Assembly (NCBI GenBank): GCA_002774635.1
Contig: PEXU01000056.1
Location: forward strand, 1 to 46,784
Source: Candidatus Kerfeldbacteria bacterium CG08_land_8_20_14_0_20_40_16
GTDB taxonomy: Bacteria > Patescibacteriota > Patescibacteriia > UM-FILTER-42-10
Direction of reading: 5' to 3'
DNA length: 46,784 bases
Part shown: positions 6,781 to 17,497 of the stretch, piece after piece
Numbering within the stretch: position 1 is the stretch's first letter
Layout: each line of letters starts with the position of its first letter
Notes under the pieces: model-generated
What the model was told of the DNA's origin: nothing
Databases searched by the model: none
What the model saw: only the letters and a program-made list of their open reading frames with translations
Translations under genes and position numbers: made by a program

Positions 6781-8994
6781 TTAACTATCTACTCTAGTAA
6801 TTAGAGATGCTTCGCCGTTTTGGACTACTAGGTCACTGCCTTTTATTTTTAGTTCCAGGATGTGAAGATAAACGCCTTTTCCTTCGGGAGCTTTGAGAAT
6901 AAGCTGAAATGTGCCAATGTCTCCTGATTTCACTGCTTTTTCTTTTAGAGAAAACTGCCCTTGGGTATTTTCCCAAGAGCTATCTTTAAATCGGCTTGTT
7001 TTTTTACCCAAATCATAAACATTAAGTATCAGGTTTTGATCCCAGGTACCAATTCCGGTGTTTTCAAATTTAACAGTTACCGGTATTTTCCAATAATTAA
7101 GAACGGCTAAAGGGATATTCTGCGAGACTAGCTTCGCCTGATAGGGTGAATCGATTCGCGTAACGGAATGATTTTCTTCTTGGATAATTTCATTCTTACC
7201 AATCAAACGATAAATATTTTTGAAAATCCCTAGCTCGCGCGGTGCTTTAAGTTTGAGAGTGAAAGTTGCTATCTTATTTGTTTTAACCTCTGTTTCTTCA
7301 AAATCTAATTGACCATACTGATCATTCCAACTTTTATCATAAAACCGACTGATTTGATCATCTAGGTCATAAATATTTAATCTTACTTCCCCTTTTTTCC
7401 AAGAATTGATTCCTTCATTTCTAAATTCAAATGTTACTAATTGCGTATCATTAAGAAACATCGCCAGGTTAATACTACGGTTTTTCAATTTAGCAGCGAA
7501 AGGCAAGTTAGTAATCTTCACCGTTACTTGAAATTCAGATTTTTTCTGAATTTTATTATCAAAGGCAAGTGAGAAACTTTCCGATGTTTCTAATAGATCA
7601 ATAGGAGCTTTTAAGTTAAATGTGAATCTTCCTATTTCGCCTGGTGCTACATTAGGAGAATCCAAATAAGCTACTATTGATTCTGCTTCCCAATCAGATC
7701 CTTTCAAAACCGATGGAGGATTTTTAGCAATAACGTAAGGTTGATTAATTCCGTAATTGTGCCAAGTGACATTTCCCTCATTTTTAAATTCCACCCAAAA
7801 CTGCTTCTCTTTACCAGTATCTATTGCGAGAGACTGCTTGCTTTGCTGAACATAAGTCGCTTTGATAATAGGATCCGCAATTCCGTTAAGAACATCATAC
7901 TTTTTTTGGGCCAAATCGCGTATTGTTCCCAGTTTCTGGTACAAGTTTGTTCCTGGGCAGGCGGTACAGTCTAGATCCTTATGACCAACAATATGAGGAT
8001 AAGTGTTATCAATCATGTATCCTTCTCCCTTGGGTTCAATTCCAAACTCTTTTCCTTTTACGGCGATTAAATCGGCTAAAGCGTTCTTCACTTTGCTGTT
8101 TAGGGTTAAGCCATCTTCATAGTTGCCCAAGACAGCAATACCAATCGTTCCCTTGTTAAAATCAGCTTCATATTGCTCGCCGCCGAATCGGAATCGGGCA
8201 CAGATTTTAGTGCGATACACATGCGCTCCGATCACTCCGTCGCCACCATAACGACCTTCGTAAATATTACCATTTTGATCAATTAAGTAATTATAACCAA
8301 TATCCCCCCATCCTAAGACCGTGGAATGCCAGTAGTAAACCCCCCTCACTGCTGCTGCGGGATTGTCGCCGCCAGTACTGCCCGCGGTGTGGTGAATCAC
8401 AAATTTTTCCGGTCTTTGATAAGAAGCAGGCCAAATTTCCTTATCCGAACCGCTAAAACGCCAGTCTTCGTCCGCCCCCCATTCAGAGCGAGGAATAATC
8501 TCTAGACTATCCGCCGCCTGAGCCTTGGAAAAAAGGAAGTCAAAAATATTTCTTTTCTTAAAATTGCTTCCCGAAGATTCTCCTAGATAAATCAACTTGA
8601 TGTTTTTTAAATTAGCTGACGAGTCAACTTTGTACTGAAGCTCGGTCCCTTTATTTGCCACAATCGGATCGGTGGAATAATACCAGCCATCCCTTTCAAG
8701 GTAATCTTCAATTTGCTGCCACTTGCTCCATCCGCTGGAATCATGATAACGGAGACTAATTCCGACTGTTTCTCTTCCTTGCCAGGCAACACCAAAGACG
8801 TTAAATTTAAAATCAGTTTTTAAAACAGAAGATAAATATTCGCCGTTGCTCACTACCATTGCGCTATCTCGAATTTCTCTCCGCTCTATTTTCGCTTTTC
8901 CCGAGGCAGTCCCTTGTGAACACAAAAAAACAGTTGACAACAAAGCAACTGCTCCGATAGTAAAAAATTTGGTTAGTTTAAGACCTTTTTTCAT
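6781..8994 (-). CDS. Secreted N-acetylmuramoyl-L-alanine amidase (PGRP/Amidase_2) with C-terminal NBR1-Ig-like repeats
   Basis: Signal peptide; PRSEWGA, VIHHTAG, GWGDIGYNYLI, GHKDL..TACPG; repeated F.N.G..W...GE..F.F.L.AP modules. Confidence 0.88.
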   Translation of the reverse strand: MKKGLKLTKFFTIGAVALLSTVFLCSQGTASGKAKIERREIRDSAMVVSNGEYLSSVLKTDFKFNVFGVAWQGRETVGISLRYHDSSGWSKWQQIEDYLERDGWYYSTDPIVANKGTELQYKVDSSANLKNIKLIYLGESSGSNFKKRNIFDFLFSKAQAADSLEIIPRSEWGADEDWRFSGSDKEIWPASYQRPEKFVIHHTAGSTGGDNPAAAVRGVYYWHSTVLGWGDIGYNYLIDQNGNIYEGRYGGDGVIGAHVYRTKICARFRFGGEQYEADFNKGTIGIAVLGNYEDGLTLNSKVKNALADLIAVKGKEFGIEPKGEGYMIDNTYPHIVGHKDLDCTACPGTNLYQKLGTIRDLAQKKYDVLNGIADPIIKATYVQQSKQSLAIDTGKEKQFWVEFKNEGNVTWHNYGINQPYVIAKNPPSVLKGSDWEAESIVAYLDSPNVAPGEIGRFTFNLKAPIDLLETSESFSLAFDNKIQKKSEFQVTVKITNLPFAAKLKNRSINLAMFLNDTQLVTFEFRNEGINSWKKGEVRLNIYDLDDQISRFYDKSWNDQYGQLDFEETEVKTNKIATFTLKLKAPRELGIFKNIYRLIGKNEIIQEENHSVTRIDSPYQAKLVSQNIPLAVLNYWKIPVTVKFENTGIGTWDQNLILNVYDLGKKTSRFKDSSWENTQGQFSLKEKAVKSGDIGTFQLILKAPEGKGVYLHILELKIKGSDLVVQNGEASLITRVDS

Positions 8995-9317
8995 TTGCTT
9001 TTTATTTTTGTTTTTGTGCTTTAATTATAGCGCATTTTGCTGGTTTTGTCCACCTAAAATAAAAAATCCCCAAAGGAATCTTCTCAACCTGGCGAGGGAA
9101 ACCAAGGAAAATATCCTTTGGGGTAAGGGAAGTCTTTTAGACAACCCCTAAAAAAATCCAAGACTACCTCTTTACTACACTACCCGTACTTTGGGCATAA
9201 ACCCAAAGTATGCGATTAGGGATAAGTGTTGGTATCCCCCACTGGTATCCCCAGGTAGTCTTGGATAAATCAATTATCAAAAAATCAGCGAATAATATTA
9301 AGAATAGCAGATACTTT

Positions 9318-10667
9318 TTATTTGTCAACTTTTTTCTCTGTTTCTTTTTCTTCCTTGGCAAGCTCAATGGTCAGCACTTCTGATTTTCTTATTCTTTCTA
9401 CCACCACTAATAAGCCAATTAAAAGCCAAAAGAAAACGGACAAATCATTTTTAAAATAAGGAACGTCAACTAAACCATAAACCAGTACGGCAATCATCGT
9501 TCCTAACAATACTAAGGGAAGACTGAAGGAAAAAGAGGAATTAAGTGTCAAACGCACTTTTTTGAATTTTATTCCTTGAGAAAAAAATTTTACAATTAAC
9601 CAAATAAAAATAATTAAACCAGCCAATCCTAGCTCGGTCCAGAAGTTGAATATGATATTGTGTGGGTAAAGCAATAGTTCCGTATGTTTAATTAGACGGT
9701 ATTGATCATATATTGTGGGAAAACCGGCCAAGCCAGCACCTTGCAGCGGCCGATCTTTCAATAAATTCCAAGTTCCTTGCCACAAGACAGTCCGAACATC
9801 AGAGGAAACATCCTGAAAAGTCACAATTTCGTAAATAAGCGTCCGGCTTTGGGGAATGATTAGCGCTAAAGCGATTCCTAAAGCCAGGATGGCCCAAATC
9901 CACTTTTTATAGCGGCTAAAAAAGCTAAAGAAAATAACGCCGGCCAAAATGCCCAAGATTGCCCCTCGAGAAAAAGAAAAGATAATGGCCAGTAACGAAA
10001 AGATGATCACTCCCAAAATAAAATGCCTGGTTTTGCTTTTCAGCTTCTTATTCTTAAAATTATCAACTGGATGAGCTAGCAGTAAAATACCCAAAAACAG
10101 CACTGCAATAGGAGCCAGAAATAAACCTACCGCATTAGGATATTCAAAAATTGAACTAACCCTTTTAGGAAATTCCGAGATCCACGGTTCATAACTAGGA
10201 AGCAGGTTAAGATATTGCCACAAAGCTATTATGGAAACAAACAGAGCTGAAATTCCTATCGCCCCAAGAATCAGTTTTGTCTGTTGAGAAGACCGAATGG
10301 TATTGATCAAAACCAAAAAGAAGAGAAGGGGTTCTAAAAAATAAGCTTTAAATATTCCTAAGGCCGCCCTTAGATCGGGAGAAATAAAAATTGCCAAAAC
10401 TGCCGATAGCAAGAATAACAGCGTAAGCCACCAAAATTGCGAAAAAACTGTTTTTTCTGCTTTAAGAAAAAACTGTTTTTTAGTCAGCCAAGCGAGGAAC
10501 AGTAATAGAATCATTAGCTCTAAGAGAGTCGCCGGGATGCCTAATATTTCAAATCTAACTAGATAGCTGGGCAACAAGATTATAATCACTGCTATTCCTA
10601 AATCTGTTCTTTTCCAGACTAGCCAGAAGAAGAAAATACTAAAAATAATAAGTAAAATCGTTTCCAT
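9318..10667 (-). CDS. O-antigen ligase (Wzy_C/WaaL-like) family membrane protein
   Basis: Multi-TM; SFSRGA, R..LW, G.G..GF, HN...ELGL.G. Confidence 0.88.
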   Translation of the reverse strand: METILLIIFSIFFFWLVWKRTDLGIAVIIILLPSYLVRFEILGIPATLLELMILLLFLAWLTKKQFFLKAEKTVFSQFWWLTLLFLLSAVLAIFISPDLRAALGIFKAYFLEPLLFFLVLINTIRSSQQTKLILGAIGISALFVSIIALWQYLNLLPSYEPWISEFPKRVSSIFEYPNAVGLFLAPIAVLFLGILLLAHPVDNFKNKKLKSKTRHFILGVIIFSLLAIIFSFSRGAILGILAGVIFFSFFSRYKKWIWAILALGIALALIIPQSRTLIYEIVTFQDVSSDVRTVLWQGTWNLLKDRPLQGAGLAGFPTIYDQYRLIKHTELLLYPHNIIFNFWTELGLAGLIIFIWLIVKFFSQGIKFKKVRLTLNSSFSFSLPLVLLGTMIAVLVYGLVDVPYFKNDLSVFFWLLIGLLVVVERIRKSEVLTIELAKEEKETEKKVDK

Positions 10668-12091
10668 TATTCTTGCTTAAGAATGATATTTTGCACCGAA
10701 ATCATAAAACCAATCAAAAACCAAATATGCATAATATAGAGTATAGAGAAGGTCTGATATTGAACCAGCACTCCGACAAAAGCGGCCAAAAGTCCAATCA
10801 TCACTGCTCTAAGATTTCTGTCTTTAACTACCTGAACTGCTTTAAGCGAACGAAACAGAATGATTAAGACTACCACCAAAAAACTCAAAAAACCTAAGAT
10901 TCCTATTTCTGACAATAACTCGATAAATTCGTTATTAACAATTTGCCATCCTTCGGGAGGAGGAACATAAGGATGAATAGCGGCAAAAGGACCAAACCCT
11001 CCCACGCCAATTCCAATCCAAGGATGAAGATGGAATCCGGTAAGAGCTGTTTGAAGCATTTCTACCCTTTCACTGTATGCCGCTCCGTAAAAAACATTGA
11101 CCACATGTTCTTTGAATGTTTCCAGATTTAAAGAGTCACCCAGCCCCAAAAAATGAGTGGCGATAATGAAAATTAAAACAACCGCTATTACTCCAATGAT
11201 TATTTTTTTAGGAGTAAATAGGTTACGGAAATAGAAAATACCGATTACCCCTAATAAAGCGATAAAAGCCAGATATCCTCCTCGCGACACGGTCAAAACT
11301 AAGTTAGTCCCCAACAGAACCAGCAGAAAGGCGAGTTGATAGTATTTGAATCTGGGATCTTTGCTTAAGAATAAAGCGCAAAGCAGACCTAAGGGAATGA
11401 GCAGATAATTAGCGAAATAGAGCGGTTCTAGGGCTGTTGATTGAATGCGCGGAAATCCCAACACTTCTTTGGTATAAAGATCTCGTAACCCGGTAAGAGA
11501 CTGAGGAAGGCCAATGGCATCGCCCAAATATTGAAAAATTCCAAATACTCCTACAATAAAAGCGCTGATAATAATTATTTTTACTATTTTATCAACTTGT
11601 TCCTTTTTGACCACTAATTGAGGAATGATCAGGCTAAAGATTATAGTAAATGCCGTATAAATCAAAACCGATACCGAACGGTCCAAATTTTCCGCATTAA
11701 CCAAAGAGGCGAAATTAACCAAGAGAAAAACAGTCAATGGGAGAATCAAAGGATTCTTTTTAAGAGCAAAGGAATTGATAAACAATTGATAGAAAAACCA
11801 CCCCAAAATAGTAATGATGGCTAAAACTTGGCTGATGCGAATTGTTAGTTCTCCAAATTCATAAGCTCCGATTCTTTCTAAGGGCAAAAAAAAAGCAATC
11901 AGAAAAATACCGATGACCGGTTTTTTAAATATGAATACGGCCATAACTCCCAGCAATAGACCGCCTATGACTAAAAGCGGCGCCGTTATGGAACTAAGAT
12001 ATCCCAACCAGACGCCCAAAATAAGGGCAATTGAAACCAACAAATAAAAATATCGATTAGAATAATGCTCAGGATTATTACCGGCAATCAT
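10667..12091 (-). CDS. O-antigen ligase family membrane protein
   Basis: Multi-TM; R..ST..EP..FA, LTVSRGG, PWIGIGVGGF, E.GILG. Confidence 0.88.
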   Translation of the reverse strand: MIAGNNPEHYSNRYFYLLVSIALILGVWLGYLSSITAPLLVIGGLLLGVMAVFIFKKPVIGIFLIAFFLPLERIGAYEFGELTIRISQVLAIITILGWFFYQLFINSFALKKNPLILPLTVFLLVNFASLVNAENLDRSVSVLIYTAFTIIFSLIIPQLVVKKEQVDKIVKIIIISAFIVGVFGIFQYLGDAIGLPQSLTGLRDLYTKEVLGFPRIQSTALEPLYFANYLLIPLGLLCALFLSKDPRFKYYQLAFLLVLLGTNLVLTVSRGGYLAFIALLGVIGIFYFRNLFTPKKIIIGVIAVVLIFIIATHFLGLGDSLNLETFKEHVVNVFYGAAYSERVEMLQTALTGFHLHPWIGIGVGGFGPFAAIHPYVPPPEGWQIVNNEFIELLSEIGILGFLSFLVVVLIILFRSLKAVQVVKDRNLRAVMIGLLAAFVGVLVQYQTFSILYIMHIWFLIGFMISVQNIILKQE

Positions 12092-12101
12092 AAAATTGGA
12101 A

Positions 12102-13244
12102 TTATCTCAGTAAGGTGATAAATAATTTTTCAAAAGCGTTAATCATCTGTTCCTTAGTGAAAGATGATTCCACTTTGACGCGGGCTTGTTTAATTATTTG
12201 CAGTACTTCCTGGGGATGATTATAAAGATAGATGATTGCTTGAGCCAGCTCTTCGGAATTGGCCGGTTCAACCAGCAATCCGGTTTTTTTATCTTCAATA
12301 ATTTCTGTTATCCCTCCGATTCGGCTGGCAATCACCGGCCTTAAATTAGCCATCGTCTCAATTAGAACAATACCAAATGATTCTCTTTTTGCCGAGGGCA
12401 ACACTAAAGCATCAAAATTACGAATCCAGCCTTTAATATTTTCTTGGAATCCCACAAACTGAACTAGATTATTGATGTTAATACTACGAGCCAGCCACTG
12501 GAGATTTTTCTTTTGGCTTCCCTCTCCGACAACGATCAGCTTAATCTGGGGAATAATTTCCTTCACTATTTCGATGGCCCGCAGTAAATATTCAATTCCT
12601 TTTTCTCTTTCTAAACGAGCGATTACTCCAACGATAAATCCTTTTTTGTTTACCCTGGACTTAAAATCATGAAAATTAGCGGGAGGAAGATTAACGCCAT
12701 TATAAATTACCAGTATTCTTTTGGGATTGATTTTTATCTCTTCAATCAACTGCTTCCTAATTGCCTCGGAAATAGCCACAATTTTAGCAAAGTGGGAATA
12801 AAAGCGATAGAAAATTTTAAAAGGATTAAGGGTCAGCCAGCGTTCTACGGTAACATGTTCAATCCAAACTACTTTTATTCCTAAAATTCTAGCGGGTAAA
12901 GTAATCAATATCTTTTCTGTTAAAGAAAAGCAGTAAAGAATTTTTATCCGGTAATTGGCGATATAAATAATTAATAATAAAAAAAGTCTAACTAAGAAAT
13001 AAGGAGCAAGAAAGGGAAATAAAATCACACTTCCTTTGGCTACTGGCTCTTTGGGAGCCCAAATTTTTTTGCAGGGCCAATTACGATTTTGAAATTCCCT
13101 TAATAAAACGGAACAGGACGAAATAAGAAAAAAACTAAATCCCCGTTTTCTTAATCCTTCCACTAAATTAAGGGTGTGTTGCTCACCGCCTCCAAAAAGC
13201 GAGGAGTAAGGAAATTTTAAAATAAGAACATTACGATTGGTCAT
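12102..13244 (-). CDS. Glycosyltransferase family 4
   Basis: GGGEQH, IYNGV, ARLEREKG, ESFGIVLIE.MA. Confidence 0.93.
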   Translation of the reverse strand: MTNRNVLILKFPYSSLFGGGEQHTLNLVEGLRKRGFSFFLISSCSVLLREFQNRNWPCKKIWAPKEPVAKGSVILFPFLAPYFLVRLFLLLIIYIANYRIKILYCFSLTEKILITLPARILGIKVVWIEHVTVERWLTLNPFKIFYRFYSHFAKIVAISEAIRKQLIEEIKINPKRILVIYNGVNLPPANFHDFKSRVNKKGFIVGVIARLEREKGIEYLLRAIEIVKEIIPQIKLIVVGEGSQKKNLQWLARSININNLVQFVGFQENIKGWIRNFDALVLPSAKRESFGIVLIETMANLRPVIASRIGGITEIIEDKKTGLLVEPANSEELAQAIIYLYNHPQEVLQIIKQARVKVESSFTKEQMINAFEKLFITLLR

Positions 13245-14675
13245 TTAAACGTCTTTAGATTTTAGAGAGATAATCTCTTTAATCATTTCTTTAGAAAAAC
13301 CCTTCAGTAGGAGGAGTATTAGCAAATAAATTAAACCGCCCCCAATCATCATTACCAATAGCGATTGGCCGGTTAAAAAGAATAATCCTGTCCCCATTCC
13401 GATGCTGGCCAAAAATGCTTTTGAAAATAGGCCTAGAGAAGGAGAAATTTTAGTGTTTTTCCAGACTACGTAAATTGAAGCAAGGGTAATAAGCAGTTCA
13501 GAAACTACGGTTATCCAGGCCGCACCAAAATAAGAATATTTGGGAATAAAAATTAAATAGCCGACCACTGATATTACGGCAATGGCGGCATAAGCCCATA
13601 GAATCTGTTTTTGTTTGTTAATCACCACTACGGTGTGCCCAAATAAATTACCAACAAAAATGATTCCGGTCGCCACAATCAGAATTTGTAAAACTTTAGC
13701 CGAAGCAGCGAATTCGACCCCAGCAATAAAATTAATTACTGGTTCTGCAATAAAATAGGTTCCTACTACCATGGGCAGAGAAATCAGCACTAAGAAGTCA
13801 AAGGCCTTTCTTAGCACTCGTTTAAATCTTTCTGCATCCTGTTTGGTATAAGTGTAAGTAAGCACTGGGATGGTAAGACCGGCAAACATAGCCGGGAAAG
13901 TGGTAAGCACTTCTAATATTTTGTAAGGAGCACCATAAATACCGACATCGGCCTGGGATTTAAATAAAGAAAGGATGATGGTATCCGCTTTAAAATAAAC
14001 TAAATTGAATAAAATTGCTAAGGCAATGGGATAGGCCTCCCAAATCACTTTTTTCCAAACATAAAAATTAAAACTCAAACGAATCCGGACAAATTTTCTG
14101 GAAAAAAGAAAGGTAAATATAAAATTGGTGAAAGATCCCAAAACCACCATAAAAAGGACGGTCAAGAGATCTTTTTTAGCATAGATGGCTAAATAGGTTC
14201 CGATTAATAATACCAGCCGTCCCAGTATTTCGGAAATAGTCACCCATCCCATCTTGAGATTCTTTTGGAATACTCCCTGCAATATTTGATTTAAGGTAAT
14301 AAACAAAAAGGAAAAACTGGTAAAAGCTACCCCCACCTTAATAATATGAGGGTAGGGAAAAAATAAAACAATGATCGGTGCTAGTCCTAAGAAGAGAACG
14401 GCCGAAATTAGTCTAATGGTAAAAATATTCCCGACTAAGGAATCAATGTCCGCTCCGGCTTCAGAAATTTTTTTAGTCAGGATAATATATAAGCCCATAT
14501 CCACTAAAATGCCAAAAAACTGCAAGAAGACAATTACGGTGGTGTAGTTACCATACCCTTCTTTGCCAAGATAGCGGAAAAGCATCGATGCCACTACTAA
14601 ACCAATGGCTGTGGAAATTACCTTTCCTACAATCTGAATTATCGTATTTCGGGCTATTCTCTGGGTTAAAGACAT
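13245..14675 (-). CDS. Wzx-like polysaccharide flippase
   Basis: IARNT, RYLG.EGYG, DMGL, D.IILS, VGIY; many TM helices. Confidence 0.92.
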   Translation of the reverse strand: MSLTQRIARNTIIQIVGKVISTAIGLVVASMLFRYLGKEGYGNYTTVIVFLQFFGILVDMGLYIILTKKISEAGADIDSLVGNIFTIRLISAVLFLGLAPIIVLFFPYPHIIKVGVAFTSFSFLFITLNQILQGVFQKNLKMGWVTISEILGRLVLLIGTYLAIYAKKDLLTVLFMVVLGSFTNFIFTFLFSRKFVRIRLSFNFYVWKKVIWEAYPIALAILFNLVYFKADTIILSLFKSQADVGIYGAPYKILEVLTTFPAMFAGLTIPVLTYTYTKQDAERFKRVLRKAFDFLVLISLPMVVGTYFIAEPVINFIAGVEFAASAKVLQILIVATGIIFVGNLFGHTVVVINKQKQILWAYAAIAVISVVGYLIFIPKYSYFGAAWITVVSELLITLASIYVVWKNTKISPSLGLFSKAFLASIGMGTGLFFLTGQSLLVMMIGGGLIYLLILLLLKGFSKEMIKEIISLKSKDV

Positions 14676-14858
14676 AAAAGAGTATTCAATTTCTAATTAC
14701 TATCCCGCGGCCTCGGGACTAATGTCTAAGGAATGACCAATGTAAAAATGTCTAATGCCTAAATCTAATTCATAATTAATCATTAAGCATTCATTATTAA
14801 TTAGCAATTAGACATTTAGAGCTTTCTCTTATCAGAATAATATCATCACCATTCCGTG

Positions 14859-14887
14859 TTGACAAATGACTGGATTTATGATAATAT
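14859..14887 (+). promoter_or_regulatory. Sigma70-type promoter
   Basis: TTGACA-N17-TAATAT with TG extension. Confidence 0.6.
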
Positions 14888-14960
14888 AAATTCATAAGGA
14901 AAAACCTTCTTAAGATAAAAGTGCTTTTGAACTCCAATTTAAGCGCTTTTTTGTTTTACC

Positions 14961-16946
14961 ATGAAAAAACAAAAACAAAAAATATTAATGCAGGAAATAA
15001 GCTGGATAATTTTAGTATTAGTACTTGTAGTTGGGGCCTCGCTGATCCTTAATAAAGTCAATCACTATTACGAAACTAGATCCCCAATAAATTCAGTACT
15101 GGCCAGCACGGCCGAAGATTCAATAATCGATACCAGTCAATCGAATTTCCAAACCACCACTCAAATAAGTTCTCTGCTAAAAAGAGGCTATGTGGGCGAT
15201 TATTTTATTTCCGTTCCTTTTAACCCTAACGTCGAGCCAGCTGTAGTTAAAATTAAGGAAGCGCCAAAAGTACTGGGTGTGAAGGTAGAAAAAAAGCCTT
15301 ACCAGGCAGAGCTAGTTTGGAAAACTACTAATGTTATAAATATCGCTCCGGGAAAGAGAATTACTTTTGAAGCAAAGTTTAAAAATACCGGAACTGAAAC
15401 TTGGTACAATTCAGGAGATCATTTTATCGCTCTGAATGTTACCAATCCGCCGGGAAGAGCAAGTACCTTTAGGGATATTTTCTGGCCACAATATTACCGG
15501 CCGGCAATTATGAAAACAGAGGTGGTAAAACCAGGAGAGACGGGTTTATTCCGATTTGCCTTAACGGCACCGGATAAAGCGGACGAGTACGTAGAAAGAT
15601 TCGGATTAGTGGCTGAAAATCTAATCTGGATTGAAGACGGTGATTTAGAAATTGCTATGCGCGTTGGCAATCCGAAACCGTATTTTCAGGCCCGAAAAGT
15701 AAAACAAGCCTACCAGGATATTACCATCGAGCCGGGAAAATCAATTACTTTTCGGGTCGATTTTGAAAACACCGGTTCTCAAACTTGGTATCGGGATAGC
15801 GCCCATTTTATCGCTTTAAATGTTACTGATCCGCCAGGAAGAGAGAGTATTTTCCGTCATATCTTTTGGCCCCAGGATTATCGACCAGCAATTATGAAAA
15901 CAGAGGTGGTGAAGCCAGGGGAAATAGGCCGTTTTGAGTTTGCTTTGCAAGCTCCTGAAGCACCGGGTGTTTATACTGAAAAATTCAACTTGGTAGCTGA
16001 GAATCTTACTTGGATTAATGGAGGATATTTAGAAATTCCGATTATCGTCGCTGTCAAACCAGAGCCGGTAGCAGAAGTACAAGGAGAGCCGGATATTAGA
16101 GTAGGACTTTACCCTACTTCCAGTGCAGTCAAAATTACCGGCAATGGCCAATATGAGGTACGGGATACTAATAATAAGCTGATTGGCACTTACAATAAAA
16201 ATGTAATCAGTACCATTAATTATAACGCCAATAATAATAGTTATCGTCTGAGCGTAAGCGGAGTAAAAAAAACGTCCAGTCTGCCATTAAGATTTATTCC
16301 TAAAAAAAATACCATCTTACAACTTACTAATTTTGAAAATCGGCCAGCCTGGAATGCAGAACTGAATGACAATCGCTTCCGAGGAATTTTAGAAATACGT
16401 TATGCCGAAAGCACCGACCGATTATGGGTAATTAATGAACTCCCTTTAGAATCTTATTTAAGAGGGGTTGCCGAAGCAGGGAATGAGAATGATGAAGATT
16501 ATCTTAAAGCTTTGATGATTGCGGCTCGCACCTATGCAATGTACCATATTCAAACAGGCACTAAACATGACGATGAAAATTTCACCGTTGATGCTACCTA
16601 TGATCAGGTTTATCGGGGATACGGCTTTGAATTGCGAGCACCTAATATTACTCAGGCAATTTTAGATACGGAAGGAGAAATGGTCACTTATGAAAATGAA
16701 ATTGTGGTTACCCCATACTTTTCTCAAACCGATGGCCGAACCAGATCTTGGGAAGAAGTTTGGGCCGGCGGGCCATATCCTTGGTTGGTTTCGGTTCCGG
16801 ATCCCGCTTGCCAAGGAATGGAACTTTTGGGGCACGGAGTAGGAATGAGCGCCTATGGTGCCCGAGCAATGGCTGAAGATGGAGAAGGTTATAAAGATAT
16901 TTTACAGTATTATTATACTGGTATAGCAATTGAAAAAATTTACTAA
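14961..16946 (+). CDS. SpoIID/LytB-domain protein with two tandem NBR1-Ig-like domains
   Basis: INELPLESYLRGVAE, KAL.IAARTYA, GHGVGMS..GA, DILQYYY; near-identical internal repeat HFIALNVT.PPGR.S.FR.IFWPQ.YRPAIMKTEVVKPGE. Confidence 0.9.
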   Translation: MKKQKQKILMQEISWIILVLVLVVGASLILNKVNHYYETRSPINSVLASTAEDSIIDTSQSNFQTTTQISSLLKRGYVGDYFISVPFNPNVEPAVVKIKEAPKVLGVKVEKKPYQAELVWKTTNVINIAPGKRITFEAKFKNTGTETWYNSGDHFIALNVTNPPGRASTFRDIFWPQYYRPAIMKTEVVKPGETGLFRFALTAPDKADEYVERFGLVAENLIWIEDGDLEIAMRVGNPKPYFQARKVKQAYQDITIEPGKSITFRVDFENTGSQTWYRDSAHFIALNVTDPPGRESIFRHIFWPQDYRPAIMKTEVVKPGEIGRFEFALQAPEAPGVYTEKFNLVAENLTWINGGYLEIPIIVAVKPEPVAEVQGEPDIRVGLYPTSSAVKITGNGQYEVRDTNNKLIGTYNKNVISTINYNANNNSYRLSVSGVKKTSSLPLRFIPKKNTILQLTNFENRPAWNAELNDNRFRGILEIRYAESTDRLWVINELPLESYLRGVAEAGNENDEDYLKALMIAARTYAMYHIQTGTKHDDENFTVDATYDQVYRGYGFELRAPNITQAILDTEGEMVTYENEIVVTPYFSQTDGRTRSWEEVWAGGPYPWLVSVPDPACQGMELLGHGVGMSAYGARAMAEDGEGYKDILQYYYTGIAIEKIY

Positions 16947-17089
16947 TTAGGAATTAGTTGGTTAGCTCTTTTAGGTTAGGGATTATTAACTTTGGGTCTT
17001 AAATCATGTTTATGTTGACATAAAAGACTGTATTTAGTAAGCTATCTTGAAGTCAACACCTTGAAACTGTCAAAACTGCGGGAGGTAAA

Positions 17090-17497
17090 ATGAGATTAGG
17101 AACTATTTTCCTATTCAGTCTGTTGATTGCCTCCTGTAGTTCTGTTCATTTTATTAAAAATGACAGATTGACTCAGGAGGAATTAGACGGTGTCAACTAC
17201 GCCCTAGAGAAATATTACGATACGGTAATTATTGTCACTCAAGAATACTATCATTTAAATCAAAAGCGTATTCTTCTTAAAAAAAATAATTACCAGTTAT
17301 TTCAAGTTAGAGCGGAAGTTGATGAGCAGGGGCTGAAACAGGTTTATTCTGGCTGGGATTCATCTTACAAACAAGCATCCGAGATGAGAAAAATAGATAA
17401 TTACTATTTTTCTCATGGTATCGACCCTCTAAAGATAATTATCTTCATTATCCTGCAAAGAAAAGGTGGTTGGTACCAAATCGTTTTAGTACTTTAA
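17090..17497 (+). CDS. Hypothetical lipoprotein
   Basis: SD GGAGGT; lipobox-like LIASC; terminator hairpin at 17497-17526. Confidence 0.7.
   Translation: MRLGTIFLFSLLIASCSSVHFIKNDRLTQEELDGVNYALEKYYDTVIIVTQEYYHLNQKRILLKKNNYQLFQVRAEVDEQGLKQVYSGWDSSYKQASEMRKIDNYYFSHGIDPLKIIIFIILQRKGGWYQIVLVL

Noticed and set aside
9164-9367. 67-aa minus ORF
   Set aside because: Overlaps the ligase 3' end and the structured region, with no homology signal; better explained as non-coding.
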